The notes beneath the pieces were generated by a model. The model did not search any database, was not told the DNA's origin, and saw only the letters and a list, made by a program, of their open reading frames with translations. A stretch of 62,159 bases of DNA from Burkholderiales bacterium. Lineage in GTDB: Bacteria; Pseudomonadota; Gammaproteobacteria; Burkholderiales; SG8-41. Position 1 is the first letter of the stretch; each line of letters begins with the position of its first letter. This document shows, in pieces, positions 8,387-18,403 of the stretch. The DNA is taken from positions 1 to 62,159 of the forward strand of contig JAYOED010000006.1 in NCBI GenBank assembly GCA_038106575.1, given 5' to 3'. Position numbers and translations under genes: made by a program.

Positions 8387-10116
8387 CAAATCCGGCACTC
8401 GTCGGCGGTGCAACCCAGATCGCGATCCGATTCGGCCAGCAGCCGGTCGAATGACTCCGGCGTGCGGATCACCCGTCCCACGACTGCAGGCGAATGCGCC
8501 TGCAGCCACTGGCTGTGCGTCGGATGGTCGCCGCCGGCGACCACCAGGATCAGGTTGTCGGGTTTCTGCGCGATCGGCCACGGATCGAGCCTGATGCTGT
8601 CGCGCGCCACCGGATTGGCATCGATCTCGATCCACGCCGGCCCGCCGCCGCGCTTGAGTTGCGCCATCGGAATCTTCGAATTTTCCCAGAGAAAATCACG
8701 CAGCTTCTTCGGCGTCCAGCCGAGCTTCGCCATCATGCCCGCGACCACCGGCGAGATCAGCATCGCGCCGGGCGTGCCCTTCTCCCATCCTGCCAGCGCG
8801 GCAAGATTCGGCGTGCGCATGAAATCCGCCATGCGCCACAGGCCCTGGGTGATGTCCTCTTCCGGCGTTTCCTTTTTTGCGCCACGGCGGCGGATGTTGC
8901 TGACGCCGCTGGCGAAAAACACCGACACTGCGTTTGTACCGGGCTCGAAACCGTGGCGCTGGGTCGCATGCGGCGCCCAGCCCTCGGGCAGGCTCGCCTC
9001 ATCCTCGGCAAACACAGCGTTGGTGTAGCGCATCGCGCCGAAGATCGCCATGGTGCCGATGCCCGGCAGCGCGCCGCCGACGTTCTGCTGCAGCAGGCGC
9101 AGCGCGCGGCCGATGCTGGCACCGGCGGGCCGCTGCGGATCAGGGCCGAGACAGCCAAAACCGGAATTGAGGCGGATGTCCTCCGCAATCGGGCCGTTGA
9201 CGATGACGACCGGAAAAGGGCTGCCCGAAGTCGCCTGCACCTGATCGAACAGCGTTGCGGGATCGAGGCAGGCCTCAACCGCAGCAACCAGCACCGGCAG
9301 GTACTCGGGTCGACCCCCGGCCATCGCCAGCGCCACCGCGCAGGTCTCGACCGTGGTGACGCCGCCGCGCGGCGGGAACTTGCCCAGCACCTGTGTGCGC
9401 GGGTAAGCCGAGCCGCGCAGTATCCAGTCGACGCGCTCGCGTGTCGCCGGCCACACCGGCAGGCCGTCGCCCCACAGATTGGTGATCAGCAGGTTGTTGG
9501 CTTTCTGCAGCGCGTCCTCATAGGTTTTCCCCTCCACGCTCAACATTGGCAGTTCGCCGTCTGCGGATTGCGCGTAATCGGATTTCCATTTCATCAATCC
9601 GTTGTAGAACTCCTTCTTGCGGGTGGAAATCGCCGTCAGATCGCTTCCCGGCAGGAACATATCGATCGGAAACGTCACCATCGCCGCATCGGGCGCAAGA
9701 CCGAGGCCCGACACCGCATTCTTCATCACGCCGACAAAATCCGTCCGCGTCAGGGTGACGGTGGGTATTCCCAGTGTTTCTATCCTCGCGGCAGCACGGC
9801 CGCAAGCGGTGGCGCAGGAGCCTCAGGCCGCGTTGCCGACGATGACCGCTTCAACGCCGCTTTTCTGGACCAGCGCAGCGGTCTCCTCGGTGGGAATCAG
9901 CACATTACCCTGGGGATAGGCATCGATCGGCAGCAGTTCCGCAGTCGGATAATCGGCCTTGATCAGATCGCGCAGCAGCGGCAGCATGCGAAACGCCTGC
10001 CACTGCTCGTTACTGACGAAACCGATGCGCTTGCCGTCGAGGGTATCGATGCGTGGCGCAAACGGCAGGGTGACCTCCAGCGCGCCGGACGGATCATGAA
10101 ATTCAAGTGTGACCAT
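8386..10116 (-). CDS. fused UGSC-motif selenoprotein + DGLPxxPPT domain (UGA at 9823-9825 read as Sec), 576 aa
   Basis: ORFs 9823..10116 and 8386..9729 share one frame and are joined across a TGA: ...VEAVIVGNAA-U-GSCATACGRAAARIETLGIPTVTL... The C-terminal part has NLWGDGLPVWPAT, MAGGRPEYLPVLVAAV and IVNGPI. GGAGG RBS before ATG 10116. Confidence 0.8.
9785..9806 (-). promoter_or_regulatory. putative bacterial SECIS hairpin
   Basis: Stem CUUGCGGC/GCCGCGAG (8 bp, one G-U pair) with loop CGUGCU, starting 17 nt after the UGA. Confidence 0.55.
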
Positions 10117-10142
10117 TGGTTAAACCTCCTTCGCCGATAATA

Positions 10143-11324
10143 CTAGCTGAGCAACATCTGCTGTATTCCTGCGTCCGCATTGTCTACTCCCAGACGATGT
10201 AGTGCCCCCACCCGCACCCCCAGCAGGCGGATGCGACGGTCAAGCGGCACGCGTTTCAGGCATTCCCCCGCGGCGCGGCGAATAACTTTTGCATCCTGCG
10301 TCGGCGTCTCCAGCGTCAGGTCGCGGGTGACGGTGTGAAAATTGTCGAAACGGATTTTGAGCCCTATGGTGCGTCCGGCGTGACCCTTGCGCCGCAGATC
10401 GCCGGCCACGCGCTCGCACAATGCCGTAAAAATCTCCGACAGCCGCGCCTTGTCGCGTACCGCATGCAGATCATTGTCGAACGTCGTCTCGCGGCTGATC
10501 GACTTGGGTTCACTCCAGGTTTTCACCGGACGGTCATCACGGCCATGCGCTGCTTCGTGCATCCACGCACCGAAGCTGTTGCCGAAATGCCTGACCAGCA
10601 GCGCCGGATCGGCCTGCGCCAGCTCGCCAACCGTGCGTATGCCCAGCTCCTCCAGCTTGACGTTCGCCTTCGGCCCGATGCCGTTGACCTTGCGCACCGC
10701 CAGCGGCCACACCAACTTGCGCACGTCGTCGTCGCGGATCACGCTGATGCCGGCGGGCTTGTTGAGTTCGGAGGCGATCTTCGACAGTAGCTTGTTGCGG
10801 GTAATGCCGATCGAACACGACAACTGCGTCGCTTCGCGCACCGCGCGCTGGATATCGGTGGCAATCGAGCGTACCCGCGCCCACGGATCGGGCGCACCTT
10901 CGGTAGCACTGGCCGCCACCACTTCCGTGAGATCGATGTAGATTTCATCAATGCCGCGATCCTCGACCTGAGGCGCAATCGCACGCACGGCATCCTTGAA
11001 TAGTCGCGAATAGCGGCGGTAGGCGTCGAAATCCGCCGGCAGCAGGATCGCATCGGGCGCAAACTTCGCCGATTTCATCAGCCCCATGCCCGAAAACACG
11101 CCGAGCGCCCGCGCTTCGTACGTCGAAGTCGTCACCACGCCACGGCCGGTATAGCCGCGCAGCGTGGCGAAGGTTCCGGTTTCCGCCTCATCCTGCACGC
11201 GCCGCCGTCCACCGACCACCACCGCCTTGCCGCGCAATTGGGAATAACGCAGCAATTCGACCGACGCGTAGAAGGCGTCCATGTCGAGATGGGCAATAAA
11301 GCGGGCGGGCGCGGCGGGTTCCAT
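10143..11324 (-). CDS. dinB: DNA polymerase IV (Y-family)
   Basis: 393 aa from ATG 11324 (MEPAAPARFIAHLDMDAFYASVELL...). Y-family palm, finger and little-finger regions are recognisable. The 518-aa track ORF is an upstream extension. Confidence 0.85.
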   Translation of the reverse strand: MEPAAPARFIAHLDMDAFYASVELLRYSQLRGKAVVVGGRRRVQDEAETGTFATLRGYTGRGVVTTSTYEARALGVFSGMGLMKSAKFAPDAILLPADFDAYRRYSRLFKDAVRAIAPQVEDRGIDEIYIDLTEVVAASATEGAPDPWARVRSIATDIQRAVREATQLSCSIGITRNKLLSKIASELNKPAGISVIRDDDVRKLVWPLAVRKVNGIGPKANVKLEELGIRTVGELAQADPALLVRHFGNSFGAWMHEAAHGRDDRPVKTWSEPKSISRETTFDNDLHAVRDKARLSEIFTALCERVAGDLRRKGHAGRTIGLKIRFDNFHTVTRDLTLETPTQDAKVIRRAAGECLKRVPLDRRIRLLGVRVGALHRLGVDNADAGIQQMLLS

Positions 11325-11418
11325 ATTGCGACAACCATGATACCGACCACGGGTGACAGCAGCACAGGGTTGGGTGTTTAATCGTGCGCTCCGCAATCCA
11401 GACCGACAGAAACCGATC

Positions 11419-12147
11419 ATGACTGAAGTCACCGCCGCCCTCCGCTCCGAATTTGCCCCCACCGGCACCCTCCGCGTAGGTCTCAACATGAGCAATTTCC
11501 TGCTGACCCGCACCGAAGCCGGCAAGCCACGCGGCGTAGCCCACGACCTGGGCATGGAGCTTGCCCGCCGCCTCGGCGTGCCCGCTGAGATGGTGCCGCT
11601 GCCGAATCCCGGCGCGCTCGCCGATGCCGCGGCCAAGAACGTCTGGGACGTGGGTTTTCTCGGCGCCGAACCTGCGCGCGCCAATGAAATCGATTTCACT
11701 GCGGCTTACGTCGAAATCGATTCGACTTATCTGGTACAGCCCGGTTCCACACTGAAACACGCCGACGAAGTCGACCGCAAGAGTGTGCGCATCATCGTTC
11801 CGGAACGTGCAGCCTACGAGCTCTATCTGTCACGCACGATCAAGAATGCCGAACTCGTAAAGGACAAGGGGGGAGACCTTTGCTTCCAGCGCTTCGTCGA
11901 CGAGAAATTCGACGCACTGGCCGGACTCAAGCCACGGCTGCTGTCCGATCAGGCCAAGCTGCCGGGATCGCGCATCGTTGACGGCCGCTTCACTGCCGTG
12001 CAGCAGGCCGCCGGCGTACCGAAGGGTAGGCCCAACGCAGCGAAATACCTCGCTGCCTTCATAGAAGACGTCAAAGCTTCAGGGCTGGTTGCAAAAGCGA
12101 TCAAGAACAACAACGTGGTCGGTCTGACCATCGCCGCTGCAGCCTGA
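11419..12147 (+). CDS. family-3 solute-binding-domain protein (PBPb type)
   Basis: 242 aa from ATG 11419 (MTEVTAALRSEFAPTGTLRVGLNMSNF...). It resembles polar amino-acid binding proteins. No obvious signal peptide. Start uncertain (the track gives 11353). Confidence 0.65.
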   Translation: MTEVTAALRSEFAPTGTLRVGLNMSNFLLTRTEAGKPRGVAHDLGMELARRLGVPAEMVPLPNPGALADAAAKNVWDVGFLGAEPARANEIDFTAAYVEIDSTYLVQPGSTLKHADEVDRKSVRIIVPERAAYELYLSRTIKNAELVKDKGGDLCFQRFVDEKFDALAGLKPRLLSDQAKLPGSRIVDGRFTAVQQAAGVPKGRPNAAKYLAAFIEDVKASGLVAKAIKNNNVVGLTIAAAA

Positions 12148-12162
12148 CTCAGGCGCAGTTTC

Positions 12163-13011
12163 TTACTGAGGACGCTCGCCGCTAATCTGAACGCGGTGCA
12201 TCATGCGCCGCGCTCTGTTGTCGAACGAATCGCGGCGGTGGATCACGCAGCGGTTGTCCCAGATAAGGGTATCACCCTGCCGCCACTCCTGCCCCCAGAC
12301 AAACTGCGGCTGTGAGGCATGCGCCCAAAGCCAATCGAGCAGTTCCTCGCTCTCTTCCAGCGGCATGCCGATGATCCAGGCATTGCGGCGGCGGCCAAGA
12401 GCCAGTGCCGGGCGTTTGGTCAGCGGATGCATTCGGAAGATTTTGTGCTGTGCTCCCGGCGCCTCGCGCGGATCCTTCACTTCTGAAAATCCTTTCCGCA
12501 ACTGGCCGGCGCTGTTGTAGGTCTCGTCGTGGATCAGCATCTTGCCATCGAGCTTTTTCTTCAGCTCCTCGGGCAGCGTGTCATAGGCCAGATACTGATT
12601 GGCGAAATAGGTATTGCCTCCAGCCGGAGGCACCTCCAGTGCATGCAGTATCGCGTAAGTGCAGGGTTTCACGCGATAGGACATGTCGGTGTGCCATATC
12701 GCTTCACCGTTGCCGAGGTTGCCCAGCGGATGGCCGTTCTCGGTAAGATTGGAAATCACCAGAATATCGGGATAGTCATCGAGGTAGGGCTTACCGATGA
12801 TGCTCATCCCCGGGGGCTCCAGCGGACCCAGTGTCTTCCCCAGCGCAACCAGTTGCGCATCGGAAATCAGCTGGTTGCGCACGACGACCACTAGATGTTC
12901 GAGCAGCGCCTGCTGGATGGCATCGACCGATGCAGTATCGAGCGCGACCAGATCCACTCCGGCCACCTCGGCACCGCAGCCCTTGCCTGATGGGATGATA
13001 CGGGTGCCCAT
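12163..13011 (-). CDS. TauD/TfdA-family Fe(II)/2-oxoglutarate dioxygenase
   Basis: 282 aa, H-x-D motif in IWHTDMSY, C-terminal ...WDNRCVIHRR. Confidence 0.85.
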   Translation of the reverse strand: MGTRIIPSGKGCGAEVAGVDLVALDTASVDAIQQALLEHLVVVVRNQLISDAQLVALGKTLGPLEPPGMSIIGKPYLDDYPDILVISNLTENGHPLGNLGNGEAIWHTDMSYRVKPCTYAILHALEVPPAGGNTYFANQYLAYDTLPEELKKKLDGKMLIHDETYNSAGQLRKGFSEVKDPREAPGAQHKIFRMHPLTKRPALALGRRRNAWIIGMPLEESEELLDWLWAHASQPQFVWGQEWRQGDTLIWDNRCVIHRRDSFDNRARRMMHRVQISGERPQ

Positions 13012-13029
13012 CGCGATCTACCCTTGGTC

Positions 13030-14469
13030 TTACAAGCCCGCCTGGGTCACGAACTTGCCGACCAGGTACGGCTCCATCGCCTCGGTGCCGCCCTCCGAAC
13101 CGTAGCCCGAATCCTTGACGCCGCCGAATGGCACTTCAGGCAGTGCAAAGCCGAGATGGTTGATGGTCATCATGCCGGTTTCAACCTGCGCTGCAATCGC
13201 GTTCGCTGTTTTCGCCGACTTGGTCCACGCATAGGCCGCGAGTCCGTAAGGCAAGCGGTTGGCTTCGGCCACTGCATCATCAAACGTCTTAAACGGATTA
13301 ATGATTGCCAGCGGGCCAAAGGGCTCGGTGTTCATCGCCATTGCGTCGATTGACAGCTCGGTCACCACAGTCGGCTCGAAGAAATTGCCTTTTTCTCCGA
13401 TCGGATAGCCGCCGGTCTGTACCTTGCCACCCTTTTTCTTGGCATCTTCGACATTGGCTACCATCGCACTCTGCCGACGCGGGTTGGCCAGCGTCGCCAT
13501 TTTGGTGTCCTTGTCGAAGCCGTCGCCGACCTTGATCCCCTTGGCGCCTTCGACGAACTTGTCGACGAACTTCTCGTAGATGCCTTCTTGGACCAGGAAC
13601 CGCGTCGGAGAAACACAGACCTGCCCGGCATTGCGGTACTTGTGCGCCAACATTGTTTTGGCCGCCACTTCGACATCGGCGTCATCGAAAATGATTACCG
13701 GCGCGTGACCGCCGAGCTCCATCGTCGCACGCTTCATGTGCTGTCCCGCCAGCCCCGCAAGCTGCTTGCCCACCGGCGTTGAGCCGGTGAAGGTCATCTT
13801 GCGGATCACCGGATGAGGAATCAGGTAGCTCGAGATTTCCGCTGGGCTGCCGTAGACCAGGTTGATCACGCCTGCCGGCACTCCGGCGTCGACGAATGCA
13901 CGCACCAGTTCCGCAGGTGATGCAGGAGTTTCCTCGGGCGCTTTCAGGATGATCGAACAGCCAGAAGCCAGCGCCGCTGAAAGCTTGCGCACCGCCTGGT
14001 TGATCGGAAAATTCCAAGGCGTGAAAGCGGCGACCGGGCCCACCGGCTCCTTGACCACCAGCTGATAGACGCCCTCGGCGCGTGCCGGAATCACCCGGCC
14101 GTAAGCACGGCGGCCCTCCTCGGCAAACCAGTCGATCAGATCGGCGCCTGCCAGCGTTTCCATTTTCGCTTCGACCAGCGGCTTGCCCTGCTCAAAGGTC
14201 ATGTAAGTCGCCACGGTATCCGCGCGATCGCGAAACAGCTGAGCCGCCTTGCGCATGATCTTGCAGCGCTCGAATGCCGACACCTTGCGCCAGACCTTGA
14301 AACCGGCATCGGCAGCTTCCAGCGCGCGGTCAAGATCAGCCTTCTCGGCATAGGCCAATGTTCCGATCTGCTGATGGTTGGCGGGATTGACCACTGGAAT
14401 CGTGCGGCCGGAAGCGGCGGCACACCACTGGCCGTTGATATGGAGCAACGTGTTCGGATAGGCGGACAT
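13030..14469 (-). CDS. NAD(P)-dependent aldehyde dehydrogenase (succinate-semialdehyde dehydrogenase-like)
   Basis: 479 aa, with the ALDH motifs MELGGHAP and the catalytic Cys region [11 protein letters not shown]. Confidence 0.9.
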   Translation of the reverse strand: MSAYPNTLLHINGQWCAAASGRTIPVVNPANHQQIGTLAYAEKADLDRALEAADAGFKVWRKVSAFERCKIMRKAAQLFRDRADTVATYMTFEQGKPLVEAKMETLAGADLIDWFAEEGRRAYGRVIPARAEGVYQLVVKEPVGPVAAFTPWNFPINQAVRKLSAALASGCSIILKAPEETPASPAELVRAFVDAGVPAGVINLVYGSPAEISSYLIPHPVIRKMTFTGSTPVGKQLAGLAGQHMKRATMELGGHAPVIIFDDADVEVAAKTMLAHKYRNAGQVCVSPTRFLVQEGIYEKFVDKFVEGAKGIKVGDGFDKDTKMATLANPRRQSAMVANVEDAKKKGGKVQTGGYPIGEKGNFFEPTVVTELSIDAMAMNTEPFGPLAIINPFKTFDDAVAEANRLPYGLAAYAWTKSAKTANAIAAQVETGMMTINHLGFALPEVPFGGVKDSGYGSEGGTEAMEPYLVGKFVTQAGL

Positions 14470-14542
14470 GACGAAAACCCTTACAGATAAATTGAACAGA
14501 GAGGCCGAAGGATAAACCAGTTTCGCGGTGGGGCGCAGCCGG

Positions 14543-15361
14543 TCAGTCGCTGATCTTCCGGAAATAGGCCTTGTTAGCGATATCGACCACGCTCATGCCC
14601 GCGGCGACGTCACAGTTGCGCTCTTCCTCCCCGGCCGAAAGCGCCTGCGCACGGGCCAGCACCTCCGCAATGCGGTTCCTTGGGATAAAACACACGCCAT
14701 TGTCGTCGGCAACGACCAGATCGCCCGCGCCGACAGGTACCCCGCAGATCTGCACCGGTCCGTTGATCGCCACGGTCTCGACGCGCCACTTACCGGTAAT
14801 CAGGCTGACGCCACGCGCCCAAACCGGATAACCGATGCTGCGTGCGGTGGCAATGTCGCGCGTCGCACCATCGACGATGGCGCCAGCTTCGCCCTGACGC
14901 TTGCCGACGTTGGCAGAATTGCCGCCGAGGCTGGAGATGTGCTCGACGCCTTCGATCACTAGCACGTCGCCGGGCTGCGCGAGATTGTGCGCCTCGATAT
15001 CGGCCTGTTTTGATTTGCGCTCCATCGCACCGAGCGTCGGCGGCACCGACTGCATGATGTTGCGCACGGTCAGCGCCGGCCCCACCATGCGCGCGCCGGG
15101 TAGCATCGGATTCAGTTTCCCAGCAGGCACTGCGCCGTGGATACCTAGTTCATCCATCGCATCGGACACCGTGCTGGCGAGGTCGGTCAGCGTGAGAAAG
15201 GCGTCGGTCACGGCCTTACCGGGACGCGGAATGTCGCGCATCACGATGCGTGCAGGATTGATCTTGCCGGTCAGCAGTTTGTTAGGCAATGCAGTGGTTT
15301 CCCCAATAGCGGCACACACAGCGTGCACCATGTGGATGCAGGCGATGATACCAAGAGTCAT
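14543..15361 (-). CDS. RraA-family protein (regulator of RNase E / HMG-aldolase-like)
   Basis: RraA core GDVLVIEG...[24 protein letters not shown]. The start is uncertain (candidates 15397, 15361, 15331) and none has a convincing RBS. Confidence 0.7.
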   Translation of the reverse strand: MTLGIIACIHMVHAVCAAIGETTALPNKLLTGKINPARIVMRDIPRPGKAVTDAFLTLTDLASTVSDAMDELGIHGAVPAGKLNPMLPGARMVGPALTVRNIMQSVPPTLGAMERKSKQADIEAHNLAQPGDVLVIEGVEHISSLGGNSANVGKRQGEAGAIVDGATRDIATARSIGYPVWARGVSLITGKWRVETVAINGPVQICGVPVGAGDLVVADDNGVCFIPRNRIAEVLARAQALSAGEEERNCDVAAGMSVVDIANKAYFRKISD

Positions 15362-15417
15362 TGTGGGATACTTTGGTGAAAATAGTCTTGGCCGCAACCG
15401 GCTTGGAGGAACACATC

Positions 15418-16284
15418 ATGACCCTTAAAACACGCCGCCTGTCCAACGCGCTTGGCGTGGAACTGTGCGAGATCGACATCTCGAAGCCGATGAGCGAGAG
15501 CACGTTCGGCGAAATCCACCGCCAGTTTCTCGATCACGGCATCCTATTGCTGCGCGACCAGAACGTCAGCCGCGAACAGCACATCGAGTTCAGCCGCCGC
15601 TTCGGCGAGCTTGATGACCACGCATCGCTTCCGCGCGACCGCCACCCTGACTATCCCGAACTGCTGCTGGTCACCAACCGTCCCAACGCCGACGGTTCGC
15701 CGTCGGAATCGCGCTATACCGGCCGCCAGTGGCACACCGACCTGTCCTACACCACGGTGCCGGCGCTGGGTTCGCTGCTCAAGTGCTACAACCTGCCCGA
15801 AGTTGGCGGCGACACATTGTTCGCCAACATGACCATGGCCTACGAAGCGCTGTCCGACGGCATGAAGAAACTGATCGCCGATCTGCACGGCATCCATCTC
15901 TCGGGCACGCGCAAGATCAACGTCGCCGATGCCGGAGCCGCACGCCGCGACGAAGTGATGAAACTCAATCCGCCGATTGCGCAGCCGGTGGTGCGCGTGC
16001 ATCCCGAAACCGGACGCAAGGCGCTGTATCTCGGCGAGAAAGTGCGGCGCTTCGATGGTATGACCGAAGAGGAAAGCAAGCCGCTGATCGATTACCTGAA
16101 CAAACACTCCACCAAACCGGAATTCGTCTACCGCCATCAATGGCGCGAACACGACATCCTGGTCTGGGACAACCGCCGCACCCTGCACCAGGCGCTGGGC
16201 GACTTCGACGAAACCCAGCTGCGCCACATGGAGCGCACTACGGTAAAAGGGACTCCTTCGGGTTACGTCGTCAGTAACGGTTGA
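15418..16284 (+). CDS. TauD/TfdA-family Fe(II)/2-oxoglutarate dioxygenase
   Basis: 288 aa from ATG 15418, with a GGAGGA RBS 8 nt upstream. WHTDLSY motif, C-terminal VWDNRRTLH. Confidence 0.85.
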   Translation: MTLKTRRLSNALGVELCEIDISKPMSESTFGEIHRQFLDHGILLLRDQNVSREQHIEFSRRFGELDDHASLPRDRHPDYPELLLVTNRPNADGSPSESRYTGRQWHTDLSYTTVPALGSLLKCYNLPEVGGDTLFANMTMAYEALSDGMKKLIADLHGIHLSGTRKINVADAGAARRDEVMKLNPPIAQPVVRVHPETGRKALYLGEKVRRFDGMTEEESKPLIDYLNKHSTKPEFVYRHQWREHDILVWDNRRTLHQALGDFDETQLRHMERTTVKGTPSGYVVSNG

Positions 16285-16290
16285 CGCTGC

Positions 16291-16782
16291 TCAGCTCTGG
16301 GCGAAAACCGTTTCGATCAGCAGATCGATCGCCGCAGCCGCGAACGCATGCATGTTGGCGACGCGGTCTGTGCTGCCGGTCTCCATCGTGATCGCGCGTT
16401 CGACTGCCGGACCGACGACTGCAAGACAGGCGTGTCCCGCCGCGTAGCCGTAGCGGCTGCCGGTCGGCCCGGCAGCGCCGGTTTCTGTCAATGACCATTC
16501 GGTTGAAAGCTTTTCGCGCACGCGGCGCGCTTTCAGCAACGCATAGACTTCGGTGGAAGGCGTCATGTCCTTCATCTCGGCATCACTGATGCCGAGCAGT
16601 GCGCGGCGCAGTTCATAGGTATAGACCACCAGCCCGCCACGGCAGCAGGCTGAAGCACCGGGCACCGCTAGCAGCGCGGCATTGATCAACCCGCCCGCCG
16701 AGGATTCGGCGACGGCGATCATTTCACTGCGCGCGCTCAACAGTTTCACCGCACGTTCAGCGCGGAGCAGCAGTTCTTTCAT
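16291..16782 (-). CDS. CinA C-terminal-domain / PncC-like nicotinamide-nucleotide amidohydrolase family protein
   Basis: 163 aa from ATG 16782 (MKELLLRAERAVKLL...), with IAVAESSAGGLI as in CinA/PncC. Confidence 0.75.
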   Translation of the reverse strand: MKELLLRAERAVKLLSARSEMIAVAESSAGGLINAALLAVPGASACCRGGLVVYTYELRRALLGISDAEMKDMTPSTEVYALLKARRVREKLSTEWSLTETGAAGPTGSRYGYAAGHACLAVVGPAVERAITMETGSTDRVANMHAFAAAAIDLLIETVFAQS

Positions 16783-16810
16783 GTTGACCTTAATCTCTAG
16801 AGAATATATT

Positions 16811-18403
16811 TCAGTGCGGTGCACGCCTGATCATTTCGCCCGGCAGCGCATCGCTGCGGTTGCCGTGTTCTAGTACTGGCACGCCGTTGACCATAACCGC
16901 GACAACGCCAACCGCGAACTGGTGCGGGTCAGCATAGGTCGCACGTTCGGCGATGGTTACCGGGTCAAATACGGTCACATCGGCACGGCAGCCTGGACGC
17001 AACAGACCTCGGTCAGCCAGCCCAAGCGCCGCAGCCGAACGCCCTGTCATCTTGGATACCGCGGTTTCCAGCGGCAGCAGGTTCTCCTCGCGCACGTAGC
17101 GCCCGAGCACGCGGGCGAAGGTGCCGTAGAACCGCGGATGCGGTTTACCCTGGCCGGTAATCCCGGTCGGTGCAACTGCGTTGCCGTCCGAACCCACCAT
17201 CACTTCGGGAGCCCGCACGAATGCACGCACGTCATCCTCGGAAATTGATTCGACGACCACCCGAGTCTGGCCGCGGTCGGCAATAATGTAGTCGAGCGCT
17301 GCGTCGAACGGGTCCTTGTTCTGTTCCAGCGCAATCTGCGCGATGGTTTTGCCGGCGTGATGTCCAAGATCAGGCGATATCGAAATACGCACCGCATCCC
17401 AGGAGCGGATTCTTCCAAAATTGTTCAACCCGCCTGCGGCGATCTCGTCACGAACCCGTGCACGAACCGCCTCGTCGCCCAGCCTTACCAGCATGGCATC
17501 GATACCGTCCTGCTGCAGCCACGACGGCATCAGATTGCGCAGCGGATTGGATGCGGCGGTGTACGGATACTGGTCGCAGTCAATCTGCACGCCATCCGCA
17601 CGCGCTGCGGCTAGCCGCGCGAGGAAACGCTCCACAGTGCCCCAGTTGTCAGTACCCGACACCTTGGCATGCACAATCTGCACATGGACTCCCGTCTGCG
17701 CGCCGAATTCAATCGCCTCCTCGGCGGCATCGAACACCGCGTTGGCTTCGTCCCGCAGATGGGTGAAATAGCGCGCACCGTGGCGCCGCAGTACGCGACC
17801 GAGTTCGACCATCTCTTCGCCGCGCGCATACGACCCGGGCGCGGTAAACAGTCCTGACGACAGCCCCAGCGCTCCGGCTGCGAGCGCCTCCTCGAGCAAG
17901 GACACCATCAGCGCAAGCTCCACCGGTGTGGGTTTTCGAGCCTCCATACCCATGGCCATCAGGCGCAGCGTGTTGTGACCGACCAGCATTACGCGATTGA
18001 CAGCTGTGGCCGGATAGTGTGCCGCATAATCAGCGTAGCTCGTATCGCGGAATTCCAGCCACGGCGCGCTAGGCGAAAGGTATTGGCGTAGCGCGGCGGC
18101 GCGTCCCGGCAGGCAGGGTGCACAGGAATAACCGCAATGCCCGATCACTTCGGTAGTCACACCCTGGCGAATCTTGCTCTCAGCCTGCGGCATCAGCGGC
18201 AAAGTCCAGTCCGAATGTGTCTTGATGTCGATAAAACCGGGGGCAACCACCAGGCCCCGCGCATCGATCACCCGCGCACCGGTAACAGGCAGGTCACGAC
18301 CGACCGCTGCGATACATCCGTCTCGCAGCGCTACGTCAGCCGACTGTGGCGGGCCGCCGGTGCCGTCAATGACGGTACCGCCACGTACAACGATCGACTC
18401 CAT
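16811..18403 (-). CDS. N-acyl-D-amino-acid deacylase (D-aminoacylase) family amidohydrolase
   Basis: 530 aa from ATG 18403 (MESIVVRGGTVIDGTGG...APGFIDIKTHSD...EVIGHCGYSCAP). The ATG overlaps the upstream selenoprotein's TGA stop (TGATG). Confidence 0.85.
   Translation of the reverse strand: MESIVVRGGTVIDGTGGPPQSADVALRDGCIAAVGRDLPVTGARVIDARGLVVAPGFIDIKTHSDWTLPLMPQAESKIRQGVTTEVIGHCGYSCAPCLPGRAAALRQYLSPSAPWLEFRDTSYADYAAHYPATAVNRVMLVGHNTLRLMAMGMEARKPTPVELALMVSLLEEALAAGALGLSSGLFTAPGSYARGEEMVELGRVLRRHGARYFTHLRDEANAVFDAAEEAIEFGAQTGVHVQIVHAKVSGTDNWGTVERFLARLAAARADGVQIDCDQYPYTAASNPLRNLMPSWLQQDGIDAMLVRLGDEAVRARVRDEIAAGGLNNFGRIRSWDAVRISISPDLGHHAGKTIAQIALEQNKDPFDAALDYIIADRGQTRVVVESISEDDVRAFVRAPEVMVGSDGNAVAPTGITGQGKPHPRFYGTFARVLGRYVREENLLPLETAVSKMTGRSAAALGLADRGLLRPGCRADVTVFDPVTIAERATYADPHQFAVGVVAVMVNGVPVLEHGNRSDALPGEMIRRAPH

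Noticed and set aside
8387-8635. N-terminal 83-codon extension of the rhodanese ORF (track ORF 6797..8635).
   Set aside because: The extension is Arg/Gly-rich and overlaps the conserved C-terminus of the selenoprotein in another frame. ATG 8386 gives a normal rhodanese N-terminus and a TGATG coupling junction.
11325-11699. 125-codon extension of the dinB ORF. The same applies to the extensions at 33449..33550 (acnA), 18404..18532 (D-aminoacylase) and 20104..20187 (third selenoprotein).
   Set aside because: The family-typical N-termini begin at internal ATGs, some with clear RBSs. The upstream parts are of low complexity.
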